A stretch of DNA of 64,000 nucleotides from assembly GCA_002633005.1 (NCBI GenBank), contig NMRA01000118.1:558707-622706 (forward strand), given 5' to 3'. The notes below the pieces were generated by a model. It searched no databases, had not been told where the DNA came from, and saw only the letters and a program-made list of their open reading frames with translations. Shown in pieces: positions 24,801 to 35,100 of the stretch. This DNA comes from Phoronis australis. Its lineage: Eukaryota; Animalia; Phoronida. The translations under genes were made by a program, and so were the position numbers. The stretch's first letter is position 1, and every line of letters starts with the position of its first letter.

Positions 24801-26981
24801 GTTAAAACCCTTAATGGCAGTCATTTACCATGACAGTCAGTTTAGCTTGCATATCAGCATCATTTAGTCTGATCACTTTTGGTGTATACGTACCTTAACA
24901 TAAAATATAATTTTCATAAAAAGGAATTTAGATGTGCAATCGATCAAACTTCATATTAAAATCTAGTGTAAATTTGATCTTTCCTTTCAACTCAGACAAA
25001 GGAAAGCAAAACACTAATTTTGTTCAAGATCCTGCATAGCTTGGCCCTTCAGACAAGTTACATTTATGCTATATTTGGACAAGGGGTTAGGGAGACAGTT
25101 GTTCTAGACCATGCACTTGGATCTTCAAACTAACAGGATTTACGCCATAATGCAACAAACTGCTACAATCTCAAAAAGCTTTACTCTAAAACATGAAAAT
25201 TAGAAAACGGTGTTTACATGCAAAATGTATTTAATGAACAGAATTAATGACATCAAGCAATAATACTAAATGTCTTTTGCAAATTAAATCCATGTTCAGC
25301 CCTGAATTCCTCACAATACCGTCCTATCTAGCCTTATCAAGAAACATGTTTAATGAGTCAGTTTATCTTGAAAATCAAACATGATAACTAGATAAAGCAC
25401 ATGACAACCTTAGGTAAGCAAAGTATTTTTAAGAATGGTCACTAACTAGTGTCATTCAAATGAAATCTGACCTCTAAATTCCAACCAGAATTTAGACAGG
25501 AATGAAGGTTGTACACAAGGCTGTGCTACATATATTGGACTATCTACACAAGAAAAAACAAACTAGTGTGTATTGACAAGTACTGATATTATTTATTGAT
25601 TAAAAATGGCTTATTGTTATTGTAAATGACTTGCACTCGTTAAAATAACAAAACTGAAAAATTCAAGTTTTACTCCTGAATCTGCAATAGTCCGACATAA
25701 CGTGCCCGTACTTTGAGAACCAGTTTGATGACCAATATTCAGTGGCGAAAACTGCTACTCAAAATTACGGCACATTATATTCGACCATTACCACTGAAGC
25801 TTAAAACTGATTTGGTCAAAATCTTTTTCTATTCTATTCCCAAATTAGAAAGACAGTCAATATTTTAATAGCTCGTACAATTAGTTTGAAAGTTAAACAC
25901 AAAATCAAGGACTGAAAAAATATTTAAGTAGAACTCATCAAAAACAATAAATTAGAGTTGAAATTGCTAAAACAATAATAAAAAAGAAAGCTAGACTCAT
26001 GACTTGACAGGAAGCCACTCCAGACCAAATCAATATTTGTGAAATGTAACTGAACCAGATGTTGCAGACCATCTGTCAACACCACTGACAGCTAGTTTGT
26101 ACTGTAGGCTATTTGTGCTGTGGGTAATATACTTTGACTAGGTGTCTAAACACATTTGATGGAAACCTTCAACTATTTCTTGAGTATAGGTTGTTCATCA
26201 ATGAAGATCATGACTAGATAGTACACAGGCCAAAACAAGATGACAATTAAGTATAAGAAATTTAAAGGTGACATTAATTGAGCTAAAGATTATATAGTTT
26301 TAAAAGGCATATAGCAAGAAGTTGGCATTCCACAGTTACAAATGAGATGAAATTAAAAAATGCTAATGAATTGAATTAAAACAAATCAAAAATCTGAGAC
26401 TATGCTGTTGATGTTGATAAAACAGTGATCAGTGTAACTTAAATAAGATGTCACCAAGCATACATAAATAGATTGACAATGTACACCTGATATGCTTGGA
26501 AATCAACATCAAAGGATTTTTTAAGTATTTTATCATCTAAACATAAAATTACTGAGACTGACTGAGTACAGGGCCAACCAAGCAAGCCATCCACGCTGCA
26601 TTGATCATTACAGCACGTCAGCTTTATAGGTGACGTGTCGAAAATTTTGGCACAATAATCGAGGACGTACAAAGGAATACACTGAAAAATTAACGTTATC
26701 CGACCAGTTATTAACTTACGAACAACAACATTACGCCCAAAACTGGAAAAAGTCGTATTCTGCGCACTGACGCCAAGCGTCGTCTGCACGTCTGTGGCTT
26801 ACGTTCCAATAGACCAATCGTCGTTTCTCAATAAATTAACTATCACCACTTTCTAAACAAATGAAAACGTAAACGTTTTCACTATAGATAAGGGCTGAAA
26901 GAACCATAAAACAAACTTTACCACTAAACTTTGCACAAAGGTCAAACACACCAGGAAAGCCACGTTCACAAAGCGCGCCAT
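784..26981 (-). CDS. SEL1L3: SEL1L3-like (protein sel-1 homolog 3) spliced gene, 21 coding exons found (~1009 codons), 3' end incomplete
   Basis: Exons in transcript order: 26922-26981, 21581-22094, 20833-20959, 20271-20398, 19654-19769, 18024-18076, 17418-17550, 16851-16992, 16242-16447, 15540-15677, 14648-14765, 14123-14184, 10651-10770, 10046-10186, 6738-6974, 5502-5629, 5254-5337, 4326-4416, 2956-3046, 2412-2646, 784-886. All introns are GT-AG and phases are compatible. The product has a signal peptide, a lectin-like region (FTLNVWLYVMEYC) and Sel1-like repeats (LARLMFWGQQGVKRD, LLKMGDCYWYG, PQGFYNLAQLVEDG), matching my recollection of vertebrate SEL1L3. Confidence 0.92.
1540..1771. repeat. 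57-bp minisatellite, ~4 copies
   Basis: gttagtgagtgctgcatgttgcagtgggttatggtgtctcaagtgccttgKtacatt starts at 1540, 1597, 1654 and 1711. Confidence 0.97.
2412..2646 (-). CDS. SEL1L3: SEL1L3-like exon 20 (LLKMGDCYWYG...LKHLYT)
   Basis: ORF 2408-2635; KMGD and QGFYNLA motifs. Confidence 0.93.
2956..3046 (-). CDS. SEL1L3: SEL1L3-like exon 19 (KDVKRYMRKESMWSNYNLTV...)
   Basis: ttgcag acceptor, gtaagt donor, phases fit. Confidence 0.85.
4326..4416 (-). CDS. SEL1L3: SEL1L3-like exon 18 (TVSFLYYVMAAHAGLQVGQFNVAYLTEQFT)
   Basis: Sel1 repeat; splice sites present. Confidence 0.92.
5254..5337 (-). CDS. SEL1L3: SEL1L3-like exon 17 (WARYIAEMNPALGNLLRRGVKAYRDGQ)
   Basis: Similar to SEL1L3 WAKHVAEKNGYLG...; splice sites present. 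Confidence 0.9.
5502..5629 (-). CDS. SEL1L3: SEL1L3-like exon 16 (MKAYEFFAWAA...PKYAA)
   Basis: tttacag acceptor, gtaagt donor; Sel1-like. Confidence 0.88.
6738..6974 (-). CDS. SEL1L3: SEL1L3-like exon 15 (GQGVTQNIDEG...NSPIDR)
   Basis: Sel1 repeats; ORF 6705-6941. Confidence 0.93.
7109..8341. mobile_element. Probable non-autonomous DNA transposon spanning an assembly gap
   Basis: 18-bp near-perfect inverted termini accgtatttatccacctt / aaggtggataaatgcggt; TSD not clear. Confidence 0.5.
7280..8077. other. Assembly gap (N run)
   Basis: N bases. Confidence 0.99.
8550..9990. repeat. Highly degenerate ~100-bp tandem repeat array
   Basis: Recurring motif gaatgggattatttgaagag..actcttatggYttcttcccatctcccagtgaat near 8560, 8670, 9372, 9478, 9660 and 9755. 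Confidence 0.65.
10046..10186 (-). CDS. SEL1L3: SEL1L3-like exon 14 (HNLARLMFWGQQGV...YGLVLMK)
   Basis: Sel1 repeat with the FWGQQGV motif. Confidence 0.95.
10651..10770 (-). CDS. SEL1L3: SEL1L3-like exon 13 (VFFESVYLTDE...DGHLFMWMKHQAKQGVTSAQ)
   Basis: Similar to SEL1L3 EDGDVFMWLKHEA; splice sites present. Confidence 0.92.
10858..12323 (-). mobile_element. Non-autonomous DNA transposon (ISL2EU/PIF-like) with decayed THAP-domain coding remnants
   Basis: 15-bp perfect TIR agcggatttgcagcg / cgctgcaaatccgct flanked by AT. Minus-strand peptides HRVCSEHFPGGKKTYENN (THAP C-terminus; HRVCSEHF at 11284-11307) and TDHSY (DHSY at 11064-11075). Confidence 0.8.
14123..14184 (-). CDS. SEL1L3: SEL1L3-like exon 12 (YFKNVADMTQRDREIHRDSD)
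   Basis: ttgccag acceptor, gtatgt donor, phases fit. Confidence 0.85.
14648..14765 (-). CDS. SEL1L3: SEL1L3-like exon 11 (AFLLLLYGAQ...LGNKYYYGLDGLPVDQQKAY)
   Basis: Sel1 repeat; splice sites present. Confidence 0.9.
15540..15677 (-). CDS. SEL1L3: SEL1L3-like exon 10 (NEGDFKK...SCYGNHDATFLLATIFSNGLGV...KL)
   Basis: Sel1 repeat; splice sites present. Confidence 0.9.
16242..16447 (-). CDS. SEL1L3: SEL1L3-like exon 9 (SCYQNWR...NATEIV)
   Basis: ORF 16185-16472; cctgcag acceptor in phase 1 fits the previous exon. Confidence 0.75.
16851..16992 (-). CDS. SEL1L3: SEL1L3-like exon 8 (VDKPASDHPMF...INRA)
   Basis: ORF 16822-17028; cag acceptor, gtgagt donor. Confidence 0.8.
17121..17187. repeat. 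Perfect 25-bp inverted repeat with 17-nt loop (hairpin)
   Basis: acagttttcacctgcggatacttta (17121-17145) and its exact reverse complement (17163-17187). Confidence 0.95.
17418..17550 (-). CDS. SEL1L3: SEL1L3-like exon 7 (SPTNYYYDELRGTYVVGG...MWSE)
   Basis: Similar to the SEL1L3 YNDTAGYFIIGG region; splice sites present. Confidence 0.88.
18024..18076 (-). CDS. SEL1L3: SEL1L3-like exon 6 (WTISLECQGEGIQTTYY)
   Basis: tttacag acceptor, gtaagt donor; supplies the required phase 0 to 2 bridge. Confidence 0.7.
19654..19769 (-). CDS. SEL1L3: SEL1L3-like exon 5 (KVHIQLETNS...LRGGH)
   Basis: tatccag acceptor, gtaagt donor, homologous HIQ motif. Confidence 0.85.
20271..20398 (-). CDS. SEL1L3: SEL1L3-like exon 4 (FTLNVWLYVMEYC...TPLILLTDL)
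   Basis: Resembles SEL1L3 FTVSLWLYLLHYC motif; splice sites present. Confidence 0.9.
20833..20959 (-). CDS. SEL1L3: SEL1L3-like exon 3 (IVPLLRQPVVYSSSSQG...SLHNP)
   Basis: tttacag acceptor, gtaagt donor, open frame, phases fit. Confidence 0.85.
21121..21182. repeat. Short tandem duplication (~28-29 bp x2) within a catgact-rich degenerate patch
   Basis: agagcatgactaaataattagt(a/c)atgact repeated twice. Confidence 0.7.
21581..22094 (-). CDS. SEL1L3: SEL1L3-like exon 2 (ELVVSSESVV...CRAEQ)
   Basis: ORF 21546-22085; tttcag acceptor, gtgagt donor. Confidence 0.85.
26922..26981 (-). CDS. SEL1L3: SEL1L3-like exon 1 (signal peptide MARFVNVAFLVCLTFVQSLV)
   Basis: aacATGGCG start context, hydrophobic 20 aa, GTAAAG donor in phase 0 matching the next exon. 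Confidence 0.75.
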
Positions 26982-28645
26982 GTTGTTTACATCATGGGTG
27001 GTATAGTAATGATAGGGGCTACATATCTGATGGTTATGAAAATATTTAAATAAATTTATGATACATTACCAAACAATTTCACAGATATGTATTGCATAAC
27101 TGTCCGTAAATAATGTTTTTGGTGAAAGAATTTCTAATTATTAAATTACACGGACACATTGTGAGTTGTACGCGATATTGTGAACCTTCATGTGATTGGA
27201 TAAACTTATGTAGATCGATACATTCAGCCAATTGTAGTTTACAATACAAAGAATTATGCTACCTTGAAGTTGTTTACAAATGGACGACTTACAAGCTGAA
27301 AGCCGTACTGAATTAAGGTGAGTCACACGTAATTTTAGACAGTTCTTGGTAGATGTTTCTGAATATTTATCAGATTTTCAACTAACACGCGTATCGTTGT
27401 CCTTCAGGACGTCTAACGGGGCTCAAGGTTTAATGTAAGAAATGTTTCGGGTCTTGATGTAATAAGAACTTCCCAGTCTCGAACCTGGGCTTGTACTGTA
27501 GTGTAGTGTAGTGTAGCCCGTTCTTGACGTAACTTTTCCACTTAAACCGTTACTGAGATTTGCGTCAGTGTGGTGAATCTGCATTGGGTGTGGCAATATA
27601 ATCATGAAGTTTTAATTTAAGCCAGTCTCTCAACTATGGTATGAGGCAATTCCTACGCTATCATTTGGGGTTTTTGTTACCCCAGCCATTAACGCCCAAG
27701 TGAGCGTATAAGCTAGACAGTGACCATCGTCTCTATCTGGCTCAGTAGTGACAGTGTAGCTCCAATAGGACCTTCATATGCCAGAAGCTTTTCGGCAAAT
27801 TATGTCTCACACTGATTAAAAATCAAAATCCCGGGTGCATCTCGTTATCTAGCGCGGACAGGACTTGTGAACTATTTCGGTATTAAAATGAATGAACTTT
27901 GAAGTCAAAGAAAACAATCGCCAGTTTTTAGTATAAAGTATGCAGCGTTTATTAACTAAACAAATCGGTATACAGTCGCTAGTACGCATTTACTCACAAG
28001 CAATCTTGAGTTTCATTGTCAAACGTTGTCGGTACTTGTTCTGGGGTGTAAATGTGGTGAGTGTACATTTTTGATGGTGCGCCTTTTAAGCCCCAGTATT
28101 TTGTGGAGAGAACTACGAGAACGACCACTTAGTTTTGGAGAAAACAGAGATGAATTTGGAGATATAGCCGAAAGTTTAAGGGCTAAACCTGGGCTTGTGT
28201 ATTCATAACTGCGAGCTCCGCTTTGGTTGAATTTGGTTGAGCTGAAATGTCGCGTCTCTACAACGCTAGAAAAAGTGACCGAACTCCTGAAACCACGAAG
28301 TGGCCCACCATTTATAAAGGCTGTCACATGACAAACCGGGCCAGTGACAACTCACCAAGTTAAAGTTCTTGGAATTCATGGTCCCTGACCAAATAAGGTG
28401 TGTCCAAAATATACTAGTGCACTAGTACCGATGATGACCAACAGGTGTCATGCTAATACAGAGACAGAGATGAGATCATTCCTGTTACATATATATGCAT
28501 AGAGGGACACCTTAGGAGGCCTTCAATTTCTTTAATTCCTTCCAACTCGAACAAATACTCCCCTTATCAAACTTTTTCTTTGAACAATACCTCGCTCAGT
28601 TACCAAAATTGGTAACTGGCCATTTGTACACTGTGCATGCCAGGG

Positions 28646-31121
28646 CAGGGCTCGACGCTATTAAAATCGCCAGGTCGCATTTTGCGACCTAGCCAGAATC
28701 CCAGGTCGCATTTTCAAAATCCAGCTCGCATTCGTAAATGCCAGGTCGCAAAATTTTCCCGCCATTTTTACGCGCCAAAATTGATTTTAAATCATCGAGA
28801 AAATGTTTAGATTATGCTCTTTCTTGCCGCGTTAAATACTCACAAATTTCAGATCCCAAAACTGACTTCGATCATGCTGGTACGGCGTTACTGTTCTACA
28901 CGACCGCCATTGAAAGTCTCTAGAGCGCAAGTCAAGTTCCCGACGTGAAAGTTGAATTAGTGCTCTCTAACTGACACGTGCATTCGAGTAGCTAAGTTTG
29001 CGATTTAAAAAGGGAGAAAATGCCCGTTGAAAAAGTATCCGGGATTTTGCTAGGTCTGACCTGCTACTGGCTGGCTTCAAAGTCGTTAAAGATTCGAACT
29101 AACTCCGAGGGCAAATTCCCTCCGCTTTTTGTTCGCAGCCCACATTTTGCAACTTCACTCATGTTTGAAAAACGTCTGTCGAAAATAATCCGTGAAACAA
29201 TGCTTTAACCGAATAAACAACTCAGTGCAAATTTCACAACAAAAATGTGGTATTTATGCTGTTTACGTACTCAACAATTATTTTTTCATGGAGTGAATAG
29301 CCTCCAAATAATTCCCGACTCCCTCCGTGCGAGTTTCCATCTGGTAATGACAAGTTTGCTCAATACCTTCCAGGTACGGGGAAAATAGGTCAGTCACAAA
29401 ACGGCACGCATGTCACTAGTGTTAACTTTCTTTCGGAGGTATAAAACAAAGCCGGGATTTGGTTTTTACATATTGAGAAAAGACGTTTTTTGAAAATGGA
29501 ATTTGTTGTGTAAAATGAGAGTGACAGACCATATAGGCTGCGAGTCAATTTTAAACCACGCGCGGTCGTTTGTAGTGCGATATGATGGGCGCTAGCCTAA
29601 ACTGTGGGCGCTTAATTGGAAATTCTCAAAAGTTGAGGGGGAACGCTTAGTAGGTCAGTGAGCGCTTATTGTGAAACACTTCAAAGGTAGGGAGTAGGCT
29701 TGTGCGTTAGCATAGTCGTTAACCTGAGTGTTTGCGGTAATAAGATATTAAAAGACTACACTGAAACGTCATAATAATACGATTTTGCGAGGCAAACTCC
29801 ATCTAGTAGGGGTGACTTTCTGCATATCGTTACCACCTACACTCTACCCTTTTTAGCCACCAGGAATAATTTTGTTTTTAATTGCCCGCTTCAGCTGGAA
29901 CATGGTTGTTTCTATTGGAGTCTGAACATTTTTGCGGAGGCGGTGGTCAGGGGAACGAAAGGTTGCCGGGGAGGGGGCAGGGGAGGTGTATGAAGAGAAG
30001 AATAAAAAGTTCGCTAACCACAATTTCGCATCTAGTACCCGTTTAGTTGCAATAGCTGGATACGGGCATAGAATATAGGGTTTAGAGAACATCGACCTCG
30101 AGAAACATCGGAACCGGAAAATATCAGTTCTGGGTTACATCCGTCTCGGGGAATATCGTAAAGCATCGTAGCCGCCAGAAATCTTTGAGTTCATTTTCAA
30201 ATAAGCCATTGGCACCCGGATGCTTGACAGAGCCAAGCCAGAATACTCTTTCATTTAGGACTGCCGCTGTTCTCTTTTGATGTACAGGTTTAAAACGGTG
30301 CGCACGCGTGAGTTCACGCACTTGAATCGCTGGAATAGGCCTACACTTTACGTTGGCAACAACGTGTGAAAGACAAATCATATTTCGCGCACGTAGCCCC
30401 ACTGAGAAACAAGTAATAGGGTTTGAGAATTTCTTGGCAACTGAAAGTAAAGATGTGATCGTCGTTTGGGGATTAATAGGTTGTCATTTTCACTTCGGCT
30501 GTCTTATGGGATAAAAACTAGGCGCACATATCTAAGTCACGATTGTCTTGCCGGGACCGCTTGCATGCTAACAACGGCACCGATCAGTGCCGCTCTGCGA
30601 TATCAGAGATATTGTCGTGGATATTTGGTAAAGGTAATAAGGACATCTTAAGCGAAAAACAAACATATTTGTCCACCACAAAGTTTGATAAGTTGATCGC
30701 TTAAGAATTAATAGAAACACCACTGTTTTGTTAGGTTTTATCACGTGTTATGTGGCCCGAAACTTTCTTCGGCAAATCTGGAAATTTGCATAAGCGGCCG
30801 AAAATGTTAGCCAATGAAACGCATCAAAGATCGATTCTGCATATCCCATGGTCACGCGACTTGCTTACAAGTCATCGGGAGGGCTGTTCTCAGTTAGTGG
30901 TATTTTGAACTTGGATTTGGCAACAACCAAGTAATGGTCGGATTAACAATAGCTGCTTTATATTTGCCAGGTGTCTGATGAGAAGTTTAAAAACTCAGCT
31001 CGCAGTCGTTCGAAATTCCAGGTCGCATTTTGCGACTTGATACGAGCTGACAAAAATCTCAGCTCGCATTTCCAAATTTCAGGTCGCAAATGCGACCTGC
31101 AGCTCGTTATGTCGAGCCCTG
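28646..31121. mobile_element. hAT-like non-autonomous DNA transposon, 2476 bp, apparent 5-bp TSD
   Basis: 11-bp TIR cagggctcgac / gtcgagccctg; clusters of subterminal cag(g/c)tcgca repeats at both ends; caggg flanks both sides (28641-28645, 31122-31126). Confidence 0.85.
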
Positions 31122-31180
31122 CAGGGGATATGATGTTATACCACCTGCCCCAAGACTGTAGATGTTTTTACTCAGGAGCA

Positions 31181-31594
31181 GTTGTCATGGTGCAAGTTGT
31201 CATGGTGCGACTTGTTCCACTTAAGTTGCTTTCATGTAGGACATTAGATCGCAAACTGGATTAGCATGAATCAATTACACATGCAAAGACTATCTGCGTA
31301 TGCTTACATCAACAATTATAGCGAATGTGCTAGCCATGTGGAATGCCAACAGGTCACCCGTAAATATGCCATTGCGCAAGAAGATCATTGAAACATGATC
31401 CCTTTCCACCCCACCCTAGTTCTATTTTGACGTATTGTTGACATTGGAGCAACCGATCAAGTGCAACTCACTATACCTCTCAAACTGGTGTCAAAAATGC
31501 TGCCGTGGTGTCAACTTGCTCGATCTGTGTCAGCCGTGTTTGCACCCACGCTTGTAGCCAATCAGCTGATTCGTGTTAGTCGCTCCATGACAGC
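31181..31594 (+). promoter_or_regulatory. Candidate NEK promoter: X-box-like motifs and CCAAT box
   Basis: Tandem gttgtcatggtgc (31181-31211), agccaatcag (31556-31565) and gtcgctccatgacagc (31579-31594), 0.5-0.9 kb upstream of the ATG. Confidence 0.35.
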
Positions 31595-32090
31595 TGTCTC
31601 TCGTGTAAATGGTACTTACTTGTATGACTAAGCTGTCCTAATCAATTCATGGCCACTTCTTACTTTAAATTTTAAAACCAGTCATGTTGGTCCTTTGCTT
31701 CCATTGTTCCTTTTTTGACCTTCAGACTCAAACATGTGCGTTAGTTTGCAAGTGCAGTTATCTCAGTCAAAGTTCTTTTCAATGTATTATTTCTTCACGG
31801 TTCTACTTCAAATGCGCTTTGTAAACTACTTGCGTGTAAGACTTGCAGAAACAACATGTGATGTTGAGAGCTGATTTGTGTTTTTGTTTCATCACTCTAT
31901 ATTTTATTTATTTATTACCCATATTTGAACATGTCACACATTATTGACATGCTGTTCATTTTCAGACCGTGCAGTAAATAAGCAGGACAATGCCAGTTGG
32001 TGCTTGCAATGGAAACTGTTATCCCAAATTGTAGAAAGCTTGAAGCTGTGGTAGCAGTCAATTTTTGTTTGCAAAGTGAACTGTAGCTGG

Positions 32091-32185
32091 ATGTCGATGA
32101 TGGATGTCTACAGTACGGTCACGCAGATTGGTAAAGGGGCATGTGGTGCCGTCTATCTGGTCCGACCCAGGGATGATCCGAAGAG
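32091..32185 (+). CDS. NEK kinase exon ([24 protein letters not shown]...)
   Basis: Gly-rich loop; gtaaag donor. Confidence 0.88.
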
Positions 32186-35100
32186 GTAAAGGTTGTGTGT
32201 TGTGAAGTGTATGAACATCTTCATAATCAGTGAATGCGGTATATCTTTATATGTGGCTGCACACTCTGGGCTAAACGTGGATATGAATACCACACTTCTA
32301 AGCAGGAAGACGGTGTCTTCGAGCATATCCCTACTTGTGTCTAAAACAGAGTACCAAAACTGACACCAGACACCCAAGGTCATGCCTAGAACTCCACATT
32401 GTATGGAGTAGACTCCTTCAAAGGACAATGTTTTCTCTTCGATTGATTTCTATAAAATTAATAGGAAGTAAAGTTCAGTTCCAGCAGCAAATAGTTCCAA
32501 AAATATCAACTGGTCTGAGCATGCTGTTTGGTTTCTCGGTTCTGATAACTCAGGGCAATGGCTGAGCCACCCATAGGTTTTCAGTCTCAATTTGTTACAT
32601 AACAATTTTGACTTAAAATTATTAACAATTATTCCAGAAACAATGAAAAAAGTGATTCACCCTGTCAGACAGTCACACAGTGTTTGCATTATTTGTCATT
32701 GTACAAGTTGCTCACAGTGTAACACTTCCTGTTTCAAATGTATTGCGTTTGTATGACTCAAATAGAGTAAAATGTGGCAAAGTGACCAATCTTCAAAAAT
32801 GGCTACATCCATTCTATTAATTCTAAACTAAAAGTTGGATTGCTGTGAAGATGCTGCCCACGGCTCCTGTCACTCATTTGGCATGTAGATGTGATTCACA
32901 TTTTGTAGTAGCACAGTTCATAGTTGCATGTGATTTCAGTTGTATATGCGTGGTTCCATTTGTTGTTCTTCTCCATGTTCTATCCCACTGGCAGCCATGT
33001 TTTTGGTCAGCCATGGAACTTGTAGCTCACTCTTCAACACCTAAACATTCGCCAAATGTTTGATCTGCCAAAATGTCTGATCTTTACTGCAAAATTGTAC
33101 CAGCTCGTAAGTATGAATAAATTATTATAACAGTGTATATAGCATGAAGTACACGGTTTGGTCATGTGTTTGCAGAACTTAAGATCACTCTTATAATTTT
33201 TATTGTGCAGAATGTTAGCTTTGAAAAAGATTCAGTTGGATGAGAAGCGGAAAACCAGAACAAAGGAAGCAGTACTTCGAGAAGCAAGGTGTGCATTTAA
33301 CATACTGTCAGTCAATACTGTCAATCAAATAACATGCAGAATTTAGAATTTGACAAGACAGTTTCAAAAGCAGAACACTGATCCTGCTGTGATTCATACT
33401 TAATCAATTGTATGGCATGTTTTTTGAGTGTCACCCACCATACTCTGTATCTAATCATTGCGTGGAAAATTAACATTATATTTTAATTAAATCATATATT
33501 TGTAAAACTTGAAAAATATGTCAAAGGCATACTTTTGTGATTGAATAAACTGGTTAAATTCTCAAACTTTGACCTTTGCCAACCATTTCATATTTGCTGC
33601 TAGTTTGCATGACCTTTTTGTCTGGTCAATCTTATAGCCCGGAAACGTTGTTCTAGCTTATTTTAATATGCCAAAGGCATGTAGATTGTTTGCTTTGAAA
33701 TCACTTTGAGTATGAACCTTATGAAACAATTGAAGGTTATTTAGTACTAATTATTAGTGTTATACACATCACATGTTGGTCACACCAAGTTACCAATTAA
33801 TTATCATGAAAGGATCTCTGCCTTACCGGGAATTTTAACACACAGGACCTTTCTGCTTGCTGTACATATAGCATGAATGAAAACTAATCAATTATTATCT
33901 GTGCAATGTCAAAATACTGGTTCATTGCAACTCACTTATATTATGAAATAACCATCATTTAGTAACCGTACAATATTTGGCGTTCACTCGGCTCTTATTA
34001 CAGAATCCTAGCAGAGCTTAAACATCCCCACATTGTTTCATACCATGACTCATTCTTTGATGGAGATGAAGAACACTTGTGCATTGTCCAGGTATGTGCA
34101 TTAATTTTATAAGAAACTCTGCAAAATTAAAGTAACTGCATTAAGTAGTAACTGAATTTATCAATATTTAAAGCGCAAAAATTATTTATATTATGGAAAG
34201 AGTAATCAATATGTAAGTTTAATTATTTTTCTGTTTCACAGCAGGTTACGAAGTGCTCAGAACTGTACTCGTCGGTGAGTTGTTTTTAAAGATGTGAAAA
34301 TGTTGTGTCTTAAACTAATTGTAGGACTACTGTGATGGTGGGACACTGGATGACAAAATCAAAGAGGCAGCAATTGTAAGTTACTCCGTGGAGTAGAGAC
34401 TAACAAATTAAATTAATGTTCATTTTTTTCTCTGACTGCATCAGTTAAGTTGCGTGATTGTCCAATTTTATTTTTGACGTTGTGACCTATACTTTTACTT
34501 GGCATTTTGGGAGGTCAATTCTTGGTACCTAGTTCATGATGCATTTTTTGCATTCGTTTTCAGCTTTTAACTCAAATTCAGACGCACTAAAATCATCATA
34601 TTTCAAAGTAATATTATATGAAAATGTCAAATCATGCTCAATTAATCTATTTTATAAAATTTTATTCTTCTGGTGTATTAGACGTTATAAAAATCTGTGT
34701 CACTGTTCTTCTTTCAGAAGCAAGACTACTTCCCAGAGAAGCAGGTTATGAGTGTGAGTAATCAGAATGTTAAAATGATAGTCACATTAAAATGGCTGCA
34801 AGTCTTGTTGACTAAGGTGTTACTGACTTGACTTTGATATGACAACACTAGGTGTAAAATTTGGCTATTTACTAGTTTGCAAGTGTTTGGTATTTGTGGT
34901 CAGCAGTAGCTTTTGTTGAAAGCTGAAGATTCAGTGTGTAGAAATCCTTTTGGACCAGTCAGTAGTTAAAGGGCAATTTTCTTGGTTATTTACAGAGTTG
35001 AGGACATAATCACTTGCATTAGGCACACACTGAAAAACATCTCAGTAGCATGCAGTAAGCTAGGCTTGAGCACTTAAAATGAAATTTAAATTTAGTTTCT

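Noticed and set aside
28019-28327. 102-aa minus-strand ORF and overlapping plus-strand ORF in the intergenic spacer
   Set aside because: No recognisable domain or exon context; probably chance or repeat-derived
29853-30402. ORFs inside the hAT-like element as a possible transposase
   Set aside because: Short, with no BED finger, DDE or hAT dimerisation motifs seen
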